NCBI GenBank assembly: GCA_964482715.1
Contig: CAYZYX010000003.1
Span: forward strand, 54,180-74,179
Source: an uncultured Clostridia bacterium
Lineage (GTDB): Bacteria; Aerophobota; Aerophobia; Aerophobales; B3-G15
Reading direction: 5' to 3'
DNA length: 20,000 bases
The first letter of the stretch is position 1, and every line of letters starts with the position of its first letter. Under the pieces are notes generated by a model. That model was not told the origin of the DNA, made no database searches, and saw only the letters and a list, made by a program, of their open reading frames with translations. Positions 1 to 8,980 of the stretch are shown here, piece after piece. Made by a program: the position numbers and the translations under genes.

Positions 1-438
1 CAAGCAAGTGGAATTTTACATGGATTGAGAGGAGCCGCTCTTGTTGAAGAATTTCTAAAGGCGACATGGGTAGATAAAAAAACTGGAAAAAAAATTGTCC
101 ATATTGTGACCCGCCACACTCCTACCTCTCATATTCCTCCCCAAACTATCGAGGAGAAGATTGTTTATGATGCTGATACTCTTGATCGTTTTGGATGGAT
201 TGGCCTGTTACGAGGAATTTTGGGGAAAAGAGGCTCCCTGGAAGAGATAATCGAAATGGTAATTGCTAAGAGAAGTCAGGATTACGACAAACTGATCTTT
301 GAGGAAAGTAGAGAAATTGGGCGTAAGGCTCACGAGGAAACAGTTTTGTTTCTCAAAAAGTTAAGAGAGGATATGAAGAAAAGGTTGAAGGAGATTGAGG
401 AAATAGAACTACCCCGGCCTCATCTGGTAACAAAATAA
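1..438 (+). CDS. HD-domain metal-dependent phosphohydrolase (5'-truncated by window edge)
   Basis: Frame is open from base 1 (QASGILHGLRGAALVEEFL...), so the ORF-track start at 25 is probably not the true start. Shows the C-terminal HD-domain pattern H-x-x-x-G/A-A, I..IV..H and EEKIVYDADTLD; the HD dyad itself would lie upstream of the window. Confidence 0.75.
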   Translation, partial: QASGILHGLRGAALVEEFLKATWVDKKTGKKIVHIVTRHTPTSHIPPQTIEEKIVYDADTLDRFGWIGLLRGILGKRGSLEEIIEMVIAKRSQDYDKLIFEESREIGRKAHEETVLFLKKLREDMKKRLKEIEEIELPRPHLVTK

Positions 439-447
439 GGAAAAGAT

Positions 448-1638
448 ATGGATCGTGAGGAACTGTTAAAGGAGGCAGAAGACCACATATTTTCCACAGG
501 TCTTGGTGATAGCGGAAGTAAGCTCTGTAGGTATAATATGAGGTATGGCCTGGCCAAAATTCATTACTGGCAAAGAGAAGCGGGATTTTTCCCTCTTGCT
601 ACTTTCATTGCCACACCTGATATGACTATTACACGAAATACAACTCGCTGGATGAGTGGATTTGGATATGGAGGTAAGATATCCTGGGGAGAAGGAAAAG
701 ATGAGGTGATTATTTTAGACACCAAACCAAATGCCTGTGGAATGCTGGTGGGAGGCCTGGAAAAATTTCCCGATGAAAAGACCCTGCTGGAACGGATCAA
801 TAAGTTTCAGAATACGCCTCATAAGATTGATGGTATAGAGATTAAATGGGATTTCAGCAAGGGCAACCATTTTATTGACATATTTTCTGTTAAACCACGA
901 AGAGAAGTAAAACTGCTCCCTTACATTTTTATAATTCACAGTTCAGCTACTGAATTGAAGGAAAAAAGTCCCCGGGGATGGGGACTTTACTGGGATAGAT
1001 CACCTTTGTTAATGGAGGCTGCCCGGAAGGTAAATACCCCTTTTGGTTTACTTTACCTGTTGGAAGGAGAAAAAGCACGGCGGTATTTTGAGTTGTATCA
1101 GTTTGCTGACGATTTTTCCAGGAAAAAAAGAGAATTTGTGGCTGAAAGACTATTCGGGGAATTTGAAGTCATCTTCAATGAAAATCACCAAAGGCTTCTA
1201 AACTTTAATGAGATTCTGCTGGGATGCCATTATATTGATGACCTGAATAAACTTTACCCTTTAACTTTGAGATCGGATCTGCCAGCTTATCTTTTAAAGG
1301 GCAAGCCTAATTTAAGACCAGAGGTGATTCAGGCTCTGGGATTTAAGGAACGAGCAACTAAATTAGGAGTTTATGATAGACTGAAAAATGCAAACATAAT
1401 CCCTCATGGGGGTGGATATACCTTTCCTGACCTTTTGGAAGTAGAGGAAATTTTTGAGATAGAAAAGAAGAGATTTTTTAAAGCAGATGTAGCCAACGAT
1501 AGGGGAAAGCAAATTATCTGTGATACAAGAGATATTCCTTATAAATACAGAGGGAAAGAGGTTCTTTTGAAACTTATGGAACTTAATATGGCAGAAATTA
1601 TAGTTAAACTTGTTCCTCTTTATGTAGTAAAGGTTTGA
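448..1638 (+). CDS. Highly divergent RtcB-family (GTP/Mn-dependent nucleic-acid ligase/capping fold) protein
   Basis: AAGGA RBS at 437-441. Collinear RtcB-like motifs: TPD58, GFGYGG, PNAC97GM, GN140H141FIDI, IIH164SS, NH247Q, PH320GGG, PYKYR and C-terminal LVPLYVVKV (cf. LRPxxVIKG). Confidence 0.7.
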   Translation: MDREELLKEAEDHIFSTGLGDSGSKLCRYNMRYGLAKIHYWQREAGFFPLATFIATPDMTITRNTTRWMSGFGYGGKISWGEGKDEVIILDTKPNACGMLVGGLEKFPDEKTLLERINKFQNTPHKIDGIEIKWDFSKGNHFIDIFSVKPRREVKLLPYIFIIHSSATELKEKSPRGWGLYWDRSPLLMEAARKVNTPFGLLYLLEGEKARRYFELYQFADDFSRKKREFVAERLFGEFEVIFNENHQRLLNFNEILLGCHYIDDLNKLYPLTLRSDLPAYLLKGKPNLRPEVIQALGFKERATKLGVYDRLKNANIIPHGGGYTFPDLLEVEEIFEIEKKRFFKADVANDRGKQIICDTRDIPYKYRGKEVLLKLMELNMAEIIVKLVPLYVVKV

Positions 1639-1640
1639 TT

Positions 1641-2873
1641 ATGTCCTTTATAGCTGATCTGCACATACATTCAAGGTATAGTAGAGCTACCTCCCGGGAT
1701 ATGAATATTCCCAACCTGGACAAGGCTGCCCGGATAAAAGGGGTAAATCTTGTAGGAACAGGGGATTTTACTCATCCTTTCTGGCTTAACCACCTGAAGG
1801 AACATCTTTCTCCCTGTGGGGCAGGTTTGTTTAAATACGGAAAAACGCTTTTTTTGCTGACCGCTGAGGTGAGTAATGTGTTTTATAAAAATGGGAAAAT
1901 GAGGAAAATTCACAACATCCTGCTGGCTCCAGATTTTGATATTGTAGAAAAAATAAACAAAAAGCTGGAAAGATTTGGTGACCTTTACGCTGATGGGCGT
2001 CCCACTCTAAAATTGAAAGCCGACGAGCTGGTAAAAATATTAATGGATGTAGACGAAAGGGTGATGGTTATCCCGGCACATATCTGGACTCCCTGGTTTT
2101 CCCTTTTTGGTTCCAATTCTGGATTTGATAGTATAGAGGAATGTTTTGAAGATGTAGCTGATTTTATCATTGCCCTGGAAACCGGTTTAAGTTCTGATCC
2201 TGCTATGAACTGGCAGGTTTCCTCACTGGATAGATTTGTTCTTGTTTCTAATTCTGATGCCCATTCACCTCAAAAACTGGGTAGAGAAGCTAATGTTTTC
2301 TCTAATATGCTTGATTACGAAAAGCTAAGAAAAGTCTTGATGGAGAAAGATAGGAGTAAATTTTTATACACTCTGGAGTTTTTTCCTCAAGAGGGAAAAT
2401 ATCACTGGGATGGTCACAGGAAATGCCAGGTTTCTTTTCCTCCTGAAGAATCTGTTAAAAGAGGAAATATTTGCCCAAAATGTGGAGAGAAATTAACTAT
2501 AGGAGTTTTACATCGTGTGAAAATGTTAGCTGACAGACCGGAGAAAGTAGTTCCACCTTCAACAATACCTTTTAAAAGGATGGTTCCACTAAAGGAAATA
2601 ATAGCTGAAGCAGTTAATACCAAGCCTGAAAGTAAATTGGTTAAGCAAATTTATGACCGGATTGTAAATGAGTATCAGGGTGAGATAAAAGCTTTACTGG
2701 AAGTTTCTTTAAAAGAATTTTATGGATTTGTTCCGGAAAAGGTAATAGAGGGAATAAGTCGAGTTCGGGAAGGTAAGGTAAAAATAACCTGTGGGTATGA
2801 TGGAGTGTACGGACAGGTCAAGATTTTTGATAAAGAGCAGGATAGAGAAAATGATCAGTTGAGTTTATTTTGA
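1641..2873 (+). CDS. Endonuclease Q family / PHP-domain nuclease with Zn ribbon
   Basis: ATG at 1641 with AAAGG upstream. Motifs ADLHIHSRYSRATS, GTGDFTHP, PAHIWTPWFS, ETGLSSD, SNSDAHS, GKYHWDGHRKC...CPKCG and GYDGVYG. Ends in QLSLF with no fused UvrD helicase. Confidence 0.88.
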   Translation: MSFIADLHIHSRYSRATSRDMNIPNLDKAARIKGVNLVGTGDFTHPFWLNHLKEHLSPCGAGLFKYGKTLFLLTAEVSNVFYKNGKMRKIHNILLAPDFDIVEKINKKLERFGDLYADGRPTLKLKADELVKILMDVDERVMVIPAHIWTPWFSLFGSNSGFDSIEECFEDVADFIIALETGLSSDPAMNWQVSSLDRFVLVSNSDAHSPQKLGREANVFSNMLDYEKLRKVLMEKDRSKFLYTLEFFPQEGKYHWDGHRKCQVSFPPEESVKRGNICPKCGEKLTIGVLHRVKMLADRPEKVVPPSTIPFKRMVPLKEIIAEAVNTKPESKLVKQIYDRIVNEYQGEIKALLEVSLKEFYGFVPEKVIEGISRVREGKVKITCGYDGVYGQVKIFDKEQDRENDQLSLF

Positions 2874-3025
2874 ATTTTTCAAGATTACCTCATACCGGAC
2901 TTATCTTATCCTGAGTTTCCTGAGAAATCTTCACTTATAAGACCTCTGCTACCACACTTCCTGCAACGATACACTGGAGTTTATATTTATACAGGAGAAT
3001 TGCCCCAATTTCAGGGTTACAAGTA

Positions 3026-3054
3026 TTGACAGTAACAATTTAAATTAATATTAT
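3026..3054 (+). promoter_or_regulatory. sigma70-type promoter of the proS-nusA-infB run
   Basis: TTGACA (3026-3031), 17-bp spacer, TATTAT (3049-3054); GGAGGT RBS at 3073-3078 before ATG 3082. Confidence 0.8.
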
Positions 3055-3081
3055 TAGGAAAGAAAATTATACGGAGGTAAG

Positions 3082-4770
3082 ATGAAACTTTCGCATTGCT
3101 TATTTTTTACCAGTAAAGAAACTCCAGCAGAGGCAGAGCTGGTAAGTCACAGGCTGATGCTCCGAGGTGGGTTCATAAAACCGGTAGCTTCAGGAGTTTA
3201 TGCGTTTTTACCCATGGGTTATCGTGTGATCAGTAAAATCATATCCATAGTAGAAGAAGAAATGGACAAAACCGGGGCCCAGCAACTTCTTTTGCCTTTT
3301 GTTCAACCGGCTGGATTATGGAAAGAAAGTGGAAGATGGGAAGAGTACGGAGAGGAACTTTTGCGTTTCCAGGACCGTAAGGGAGGCTGGTTTGTTCTTT
3401 CTCCGACTCACGAAGAACTTATCACTAAAATTGGGGGAGAGATTTTAAATTCCTATAAAAAGTTGCCAGTGGTAGTATATCAGATTCAGATAAAATTCAG
3501 AGACGAACTCAGACCCCGAGGAGGTGTGGTAAGAGCAAGAGAGTTTTTGATGAAAGACGCTTACAGTTTTTGTCAGAATACCGGACAAATGCAGGAAGTT
3601 TACGAGAGAATGATGTTAGCCTACAAAAATATATTTTCACGCTGTGGACTGAGGTATAAAATAGTGGAGGCAGAAAGTGGACCTATAGGAGGCGATGTTT
3701 CCCATGAGTTTATAGCTCCCTGCGGTTCGGGAGAGGATAAATTGATAGAATGCGAAAACTGTGGCTATGCTGCAAAGCCGGAAAGGGCAAAGTCCTTTGT
3801 TGAACTCAAAGAAGATCAGGAAAAGATGGGAGAAATTCAGGAAATTAAAACTCCTGGAATAAGAACCATTGACCAACTTTGCAGTTTTTTGCGTTGTTCT
3901 CCATCTAGACTTTTAAAGACCCTTGTTTACGAGACAGAAAAAGGGTTTGTTGGTGTTTTGATAAGAGGTGATCATGATGTAAATGAAGAAAAGTTAAAAA
4001 AAATTCTTGAGGTTAAAAAACTTAACCTGGCTTCAGATAAACTTGTAAAAAGTGAGGTGGGAATTGAGCCTGGATTTCTTGGTCCGGTGAATCTGGACAA
4101 GGTGTATCTTGTAGCTGATGAGCTGGTAATGAGAGGTAAAAACTTTGTTGCCGGAGCTAATAAAAAAGATACGCATCTTCTCAATGTTAATCCCGGAAGA
4201 GATTTCTTCCCCACTATGGTTGGTGATGTGAGATACGTTTCGCCGGGAGAGAAATGCTACATTTGCCGAAATCCATTACAGATTAGGAGAGGGATAGAAA
4301 TTGGGCATCTCTTTCAACTTGGTCAGAAGTACTCTAAGACACTGGGAGCTTCTTTTTTAGATCAGGAAGGAAAAGCGCATCCATTTTTAATGGGTTGTTA
4401 TGGTATAGGTATCTCTCGTTTACCCGCAGCTATTATTGAACAGAACAATGACAAAGAGGGAATTATCTGGCCAAAAGAAGTAGCTCCTTTTTTAGCTGTA
4501 ATTATTCCTACCAATGAAAGGGTTTTTGGGAGTTCTGAAAAGATTTATCTTGAGCTAAAAGAGAACTTTCAGGATGTTATGTGGGATGACCGGGATGTTT
4601 CAGCCGGGGTGAAATTTAAAGATTCTGATCTTATGGGTATTCCGCTAAAAGTTATTGTGGGCAATGCTTTTTTAAAAGAAAATAAGATTGAAATAAAAAA
4701 ACGAGCTTCTGGAGAAAAAATAAAGGTAAACAGCGGTCAGCTTCTTCAGGCACTAAAGGAGTTGATTTAA
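3082..4770 (+). CDS. proS: Proline--tRNA ligase (bacterial type with INS editing domain)
   Basis: AELVSHRLMLRGG, ESGRW, PTHEE, KFRDELRPRGG..RAREFLMKDAYSF, GIEIGHLFQLG, MGCYGIG, anticodon-binding GVKFKDSDLMGIP; insertion domain with KTL...GANK. Confidence 0.98.
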   Translation: MKLSHCLFFTSKETPAEAELVSHRLMLRGGFIKPVASGVYAFLPMGYRVISKIISIVEEEMDKTGAQQLLLPFVQPAGLWKESGRWEEYGEELLRFQDRKGGWFVLSPTHEELITKIGGEILNSYKKLPVVVYQIQIKFRDELRPRGGVVRAREFLMKDAYSFCQNTGQMQEVYERMMLAYKNIFSRCGLRYKIVEAESGPIGGDVSHEFIAPCGSGEDKLIECENCGYAAKPERAKSFVELKEDQEKMGEIQEIKTPGIRTIDQLCSFLRCSPSRLLKTLVYETEKGFVGVLIRGDHDVNEEKLKKILEVKKLNLASDKLVKSEVGIEPGFLGPVNLDKVYLVADELVMRGKNFVAGANKKDTHLLNVNPGRDFFPTMVGDVRYVSPGEKCYICRNPLQIRRGIEIGHLFQLGQKYSKTLGASFLDQEGKAHPFLMGCYGIGISRLPAAIIEQNNDKEGIIWPKEVAPFLAVIIPTNERVFGSSEKIYLELKENFQDVMWDDRDVSAGVKFKDSDLMGIPLKVIVGNAFLKENKIEIKKRASGEKIKVNSGQLLQALKELI

Positions 4771-4771
4771 T

Positions 4772-6001
4772 ATGGAAAGCAAGGAATTAATTTCTTTAAT
4801 GGAATCCATAGAAAGAGAAAGGGGTATCTCTCAAGCAACTTTACTTGAGGGAATAAAAGAGGCCCTTTATTCTGCTTATAAAAAGAAATATTCACGACCC
4901 CCTCGCAGTTTAAGAGTTCTTCTTGACGAGACAAAAGGGGAACTGAAAGTTCTCGTTGAAAAACTGGTGGTTGACCAGGTAAAGGATTCAGCTCGGGAAA
5001 TTTCACTTGAAGAAGCTCGTAAGATAAATCCTGATGTCAGGATAGGTGAAGATGTGGAAGTTGAGGTAAATCCACTTGATTTCAGCAGAATTGCTGCCAG
5101 TACTGGCAAATATGTTATGATGCAGCAGATTGCCGAAAGAGAAAAAGATAAACTTTACCAGGAATTTAAGAAAAAAGAGGGAGAGCTTATAAGCGGGACT
5201 GTTCGTTACAAATCGGATCGGTTTATTCTGGTTGATCTGGGTAAAGTGGAAGGTGTTCTCCCTGAAAAGGAAACCTTACCCAACAAGACCTACAGACAGG
5301 GGGAAAGGCTTCTTGCTTATGTGATGCGTGTTACCCGTGAGCCAAAAGGGCCTCATATTGTTCTTTCTCAAACTCATCCCAATTTTTTACGCCGTCTTTT
5401 TGAAATGGAAGTTCCAGAAATTGAGGAAGGTATAGTAAAAATAAGACAGATTAAAAGGGACCCGGGCCGCAGGGCAAAAGTTGTGGTAGAATCTAAAGAC
5501 GAAAAGATCGATCCAGTGGGTGCCTGTGTAGGATTAAGAGGTTCACGGATAAAGTCTATATTAAAAGAAATAGGAAACGAGAAAATAGATATAATTAAAT
5601 ACAGTACCGATCCTGCCGAATTTATAAAAAACGCCCTGAAACCAGCTGAAATTCACGAAGTTAAGGTGAATCCTCAGAAAAAAGAGGCAAAAGTAATAGT
5701 TGCTGATGATCAGCTTTCTTTAACCATAGGTACAAATGGAGAAAATGTAAAGTTAGTGGCTAAACTAACTGGCTGGCAGATAGACATTCGTTCTTTAGGA
5801 CAGATAGAAAAGGAGACAGCTCTTCTAAAAGGATTACCAGGAGTGGGCGAAAAGACTATTATGACTTTGAAAGAGCATGGATTTTTAACTTTAAAGGATA
5901 TTGTGAGAGGGGGCCTGGATAATTTGGCTAAAGTTGAAGGGATAGGTCCAAAATTGGCTGAAAAAATACTGAAGAAAGCTCAAGAATTAATCAAAAAATA
6001 G
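4772..6001 (+). CDS. nusA: Transcription termination/antitermination factor NusA
   Basis: NusA N-terminal domain, FSRIAA, S1 domain, KH motifs RDPGRRAKV, DPVGACVGLRGSRI, IGTNGENVKL..KLTGWQIDI; C-terminal HhH repeats (LPGVG, VEGIG). Confidence 0.97.
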   Translation: MESKELISLMESIERERGISQATLLEGIKEALYSAYKKKYSRPPRSLRVLLDETKGELKVLVEKLVVDQVKDSAREISLEEARKINPDVRIGEDVEVEVNPLDFSRIAASTGKYVMMQQIAEREKDKLYQEFKKKEGELISGTVRYKSDRFILVDLGKVEGVLPEKETLPNKTYRQGERLLAYVMRVTREPKGPHIVLSQTHPNFLRRLFEMEVPEIEEGIVKIRQIKRDPGRRAKVVVESKDEKIDPVGACVGLRGSRIKSILKEIGNEKIDIIKYSTDPAEFIKNALKPAEIHEVKVNPQKKEAKVIVADDQLSLTIGTNGENVKLVAKLTGWQIDIRSLGQIEKETALLKGLPGVGEKTIMTLKEHGFLTLKDIVRGGLDNLAKVEGIGPKLAEKILKKAQELIKK

Positions 6002-6013
6002 TTCCAGGAAAAA

Positions 6014-7687
6014 ATGCGAGTTTATCAATTAGCAAAAAAACTTAAGATTTCCACAAGACAGTTACTGGATGTTTTGAATCAGTGGGGTATAAAGGGGAAG
6101 ACCAATCTCAGCAGTTTGACCTCTGGGGAAATTAAGGAAATCGAAGAACTTGTCAGGGAAGGGTTGATAAAGGCTCCGGAAAAAAAACTTCCCCCTCGAG
6201 ACCCTGTTGTTACTGTTTTGGGACATGTAGATCATGGGAAAACCACTTTATTAGATGCAATTCGAAATACCCAGGTAGCCAGGGAAGAGGTGGGAGGTAT
6301 CACTCAGAAAATCGGTGCATCGGAGATTTACTACCAGGATAAAAGAATAGTGTTTATTGATACCCCGGGCCATGAAGCTTTCACAGCTATGAGAGCGCAA
6401 GGAGCCCGGGTAACAGATATTGCCGTTTTGGTTGTTGCCGCTGATGATGGGGTTATGCCTCAAACTGAAGAAGCTATAGATCATGCTCGAGCAGCAAAAG
6501 TTCCCATAATAGTTGCTATTAATAAGATAGATAAAGAAAATGCTCAGCCTGAGAAAATCAAAAGGCAGCTAACCAAGTACGACCTTACACCTGAGGAGTG
6601 GGGAGGAGAGACAATTTGCGTTGAAGTATCAGCATTAAAGAAAAAAGGTCTGGATGAGCTTTTAGAGATGATTCTGCTTCAAGCAGAGATCATGGAATTA
6701 TCGGCTGATCCCAGGGGAAAACTGGAGGCTGTGGTGATAGAAAGTGGAATAGATAGATATAAAGGCCCCGTTGCTACCTTAATTGTAAAGCAGGGTACTC
6801 TAAAGATCGGGGATATAATAGTTGGTGGTGAGGTTTATGGCAGGGTGAGAGCTTTGATTAACTGGAAGGGAGAAAAATTAAAAGAAGCGGGTCCTTCTAC
6901 TCCTGTCCAGGTTCTGGGTCTTTCTGATGTTGCTACACCTGGAACGATCTTTAGCAGAGTAGAGAACGAACGAGTGGCTCGTCGCATGGCTGAAGAAGCC
7001 AGAGAAAAAGTCCGGGCAAGAGTTCTGCGAAGAAAAGAAACAGTTACTCTGGAGAGTCTTTTTGGTAGACAGGAAAGGGAAGTTAAGACTCTTAACTTTA
7101 TCTTAAAGGCTGATTCTCAAGGTTCTTTAAAGGCTGTAGCTGATACTTTAACGAAAATGGGAGATGAAAATATCAAGGTTGAAATTCTGTCTCAGGGAAT
7201 AGGAGAGGTTAAAAAGTCTGATATTCTTCTTGCTTCCACCTCCAGAGCTGTAATAATTGGTTTTAATGTAGATGTGCCACCGGAAATTCAGTCCCTTGCC
7301 AATCAGGAGCAGGTTCAGATAAGAGAGTATGAAATAATCTATGATATTATTGATGATGTTAAGATGGCCCTTAAAGGAATGCTTGAACCTGTTTACACCG
7401 AGGAGGTTATAGCAAAGGCTGAAATAAGGGATACTTTCAAAATTCCCCGTATTGGTATGGTAGCAGGGTGTTTTGTTAGGGAGGGAAGAGTGGTTCGGGG
7501 GGCTAAGGCAAAAGTATTAAGGCAAGATAAAGTTGTAGCAGAGGGGACAGTTATTAGTCTGAAGAGATTTGACCGGGATGTAAATGAGGTATCTGCGGGA
7601 CTCGAATGCGGAGTTAAAATAGAAGGAGTAGAGGACATTCAAAAAGGGGATCTCATAGAGGTCTGTCAGTACCGGAAGGTGAGATAG
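6014..7687 (+). CDS. infB: Translation initiation factor IF-2 (short form, 557 aa)
   Basis: [10 protein letters not shown]2_N motif, [38 protein letters not shown] and C-terminal SLKRF...GLECG. Confidence 0.98.
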   Translation: MRVYQLAKKLKISTRQLLDVLNQWGIKGKTNLSSLTSGEIKEIEELVREGLIKAPEKKLPPRDPVVTVLGHVDHGKTTLLDAIRNTQVAREEVGGITQKIGASEIYYQDKRIVFIDTPGHEAFTAMRAQGARVTDIAVLVVAADDGVMPQTEEAIDHARAAKVPIIVAINKIDKENAQPEKIKRQLTKYDLTPEEWGGETICVEVSALKKKGLDELLEMILLQAEIMELSADPRGKLEAVVIESGIDRYKGPVATLIVKQGTLKIGDIIVGGEVYGRVRALINWKGEKLKEAGPSTPVQVLGLSDVATPGTIFSRVENERVARRMAEEAREKVRARVLRRKETVTLESLFGRQEREVKTLNFILKADSQGSLKAVADTLTKMGDENIKVEILSQGIGEVKKSDILLASTSRAVIIGFNVDVPPEIQSLANQEQVQIREYEIIYDIIDDVKMALKGMLEPVYTEEVIAKAEIRDTFKIPRIGMVAGCFVREGRVVRGAKAKVLRQDKVVAEGTVISLKRFDRDVNEVSAGLECGVKIEGVEDIQKGDLIEVCQYRKVR

Positions 7688-7728
7688 GAAGATAATAAAC
7701 CGGTATTTATGTTCAGTCCTGCTTTAGA

Positions 7729-8010
7729 ATGATAATAGGTGTATTAGAGGTAGATATTCGTCTTTTTGCATGTAATTCATTAAAAGATAAAAGAAGGGTC
7801 TTAAAAAGTCTAATTTCCCGTATTCGTAACAATTTTAATGTTTCCGTTGCCGAAGTCGGGAATCATACCCTCTGGCAACGTGCCCAGCTTGGTATAGCTT
7901 TTTTGTCGTCGGATACGGCCTATTCCAGTAAAGTTCTGGATAAGATTTTAGATTTTTTAAAAAAGGAGAAGGAAATCCTGATAATTGATTGTAAGAAAGA
8001 AATATTTTAG
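7729..8010 (+). CDS. DUF503 (YlxP-like) protein
   Basis: SLKDKRRVLKSL...FNVSVAEV...WQRA.LG signature; canonical position after infB. Confidence 0.9.
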   Translation: MIIGVLEVDIRLFACNSLKDKRRVLKSLISRIRNNFNVSVAEVGNHTLWQRAQLGIAFLSSDTAYSSKVLDKILDFLKKEKEILIIDCKKEIF

Positions 8011-8021
8011 TCAATCTTAAA

Positions 8022-8951
8022 ATGGATGGCTTGCTTTTAATCAAAAAACCTAAGGGAATGACCTCTCACGATATAGTAAAGAGGGTAAGAAAAATACTTA
8101 AAGTGGAAAAGGTTGGGCATGTGGGCACTTTAGATCCGGTAGCGGAGGGATTGCTTCCTGTTTGTATGGGAAAAGCAACAAAACTTACCCCCTTCTTGCA
8201 GGAACTTGATAAGACTTATCGAGGTACAATGGTTTTTGGAGTTACCACCAGTACTCTGGACGAAGAAGGCGAGGTTGTAAGAGAAGTGGATGCTTCTTGC
8301 CTAACCCAAAAACAGGTGGAAGAGGTCTTTGAGAAATTTAAAGGGAAAATTTTACAGACCCCGCCTGCTTACTCTGCCATTCACTGGCAGGGAAGGCGTC
8401 TTTATCAGCTGGCCAGAAGTGGGGTTAAGGTTGAACCACCTCCAAGAGAGGTAGAAATATACGAATTTAAGCTGCTGAATTTTAATCCAGGAGTTCATCC
8501 GGAAGTTGATTTCGAACTTTGTTGTTCAAAAGGAACTTATATTAGAAGCCTGTGCAGGGATATCGGTGAGATCTTGGGATATGGTGCCTATCAGAAGTAT
8601 TTGTGTCGAATAAAAGTAGGTCCTTTTCGTCTATCTGAGGCTAAAGATACAAAAGAAGTTGAGCTTATTAAAGAAAGAGGACAGGTGGAAAAAATCTTAT
8701 ATCCACTCAGTGAGGCTTTACCTCATTTCCCCAAAGTTGTTGTCAAGAAAAATGTGGAGAAAATTATAAAGTGGGGTAGACCTCTTTACCTTGATCACTT
8801 TTTGCACCTTCCTGATAATTTAGAAAAGGGTGACAGAGTGAGAGTCTGTTCTCTGGATGATCGACTTTTGGCTATCGCAAAGAGCTGTCAGAGTCGATCT
8901 CACTTTGTGAAAGACCAGATAGGGTTTAAATATCTTAGAGTATTAATCTAA
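8022..8951 (+). CDS. truB: tRNA pseudouridine(55) synthase
   Basis: KPKGMTSHD, GHVGTLDP, QTPPAYSA, CSKGTYIRSL; C-terminal PUA-like domain. Confidence 0.96.
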   Translation: MDGLLLIKKPKGMTSHDIVKRVRKILKVEKVGHVGTLDPVAEGLLPVCMGKATKLTPFLQELDKTYRGTMVFGVTTSTLDEEGEVVREVDASCLTQKQVEEVFEKFKGKILQTPPAYSAIHWQGRRLYQLARSGVKVEPPPREVEIYEFKLLNFNPGVHPEVDFELCCSKGTYIRSLCRDIGEILGYGAYQKYLCRIKVGPFRLSEAKDTKEVELIKERGQVEKILYPLSEALPHFPKVVVKKNVEKIIKWGRPLYLDHFLHLPDNLEKGDRVRVCSLDDRLLAIAKSCQSRSHFVKDQIGFKYLRVLI

Positions 8952-8980
8952 AATCCTTTACCTTCATAAACCGATCAGAA

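Noticed and set aside
2874-3081. T-box riboswitch upstream of proS
   Set aside because: The promoter lies about 27 nt from the start codon, leaving no room, and no T-box consensus or terminator is visible.
5815-6001. NusA C-terminal HhH repeats as a novel fusion
   Set aside because: HhH-type C-terminal extensions are a known feature of many NusA proteins.
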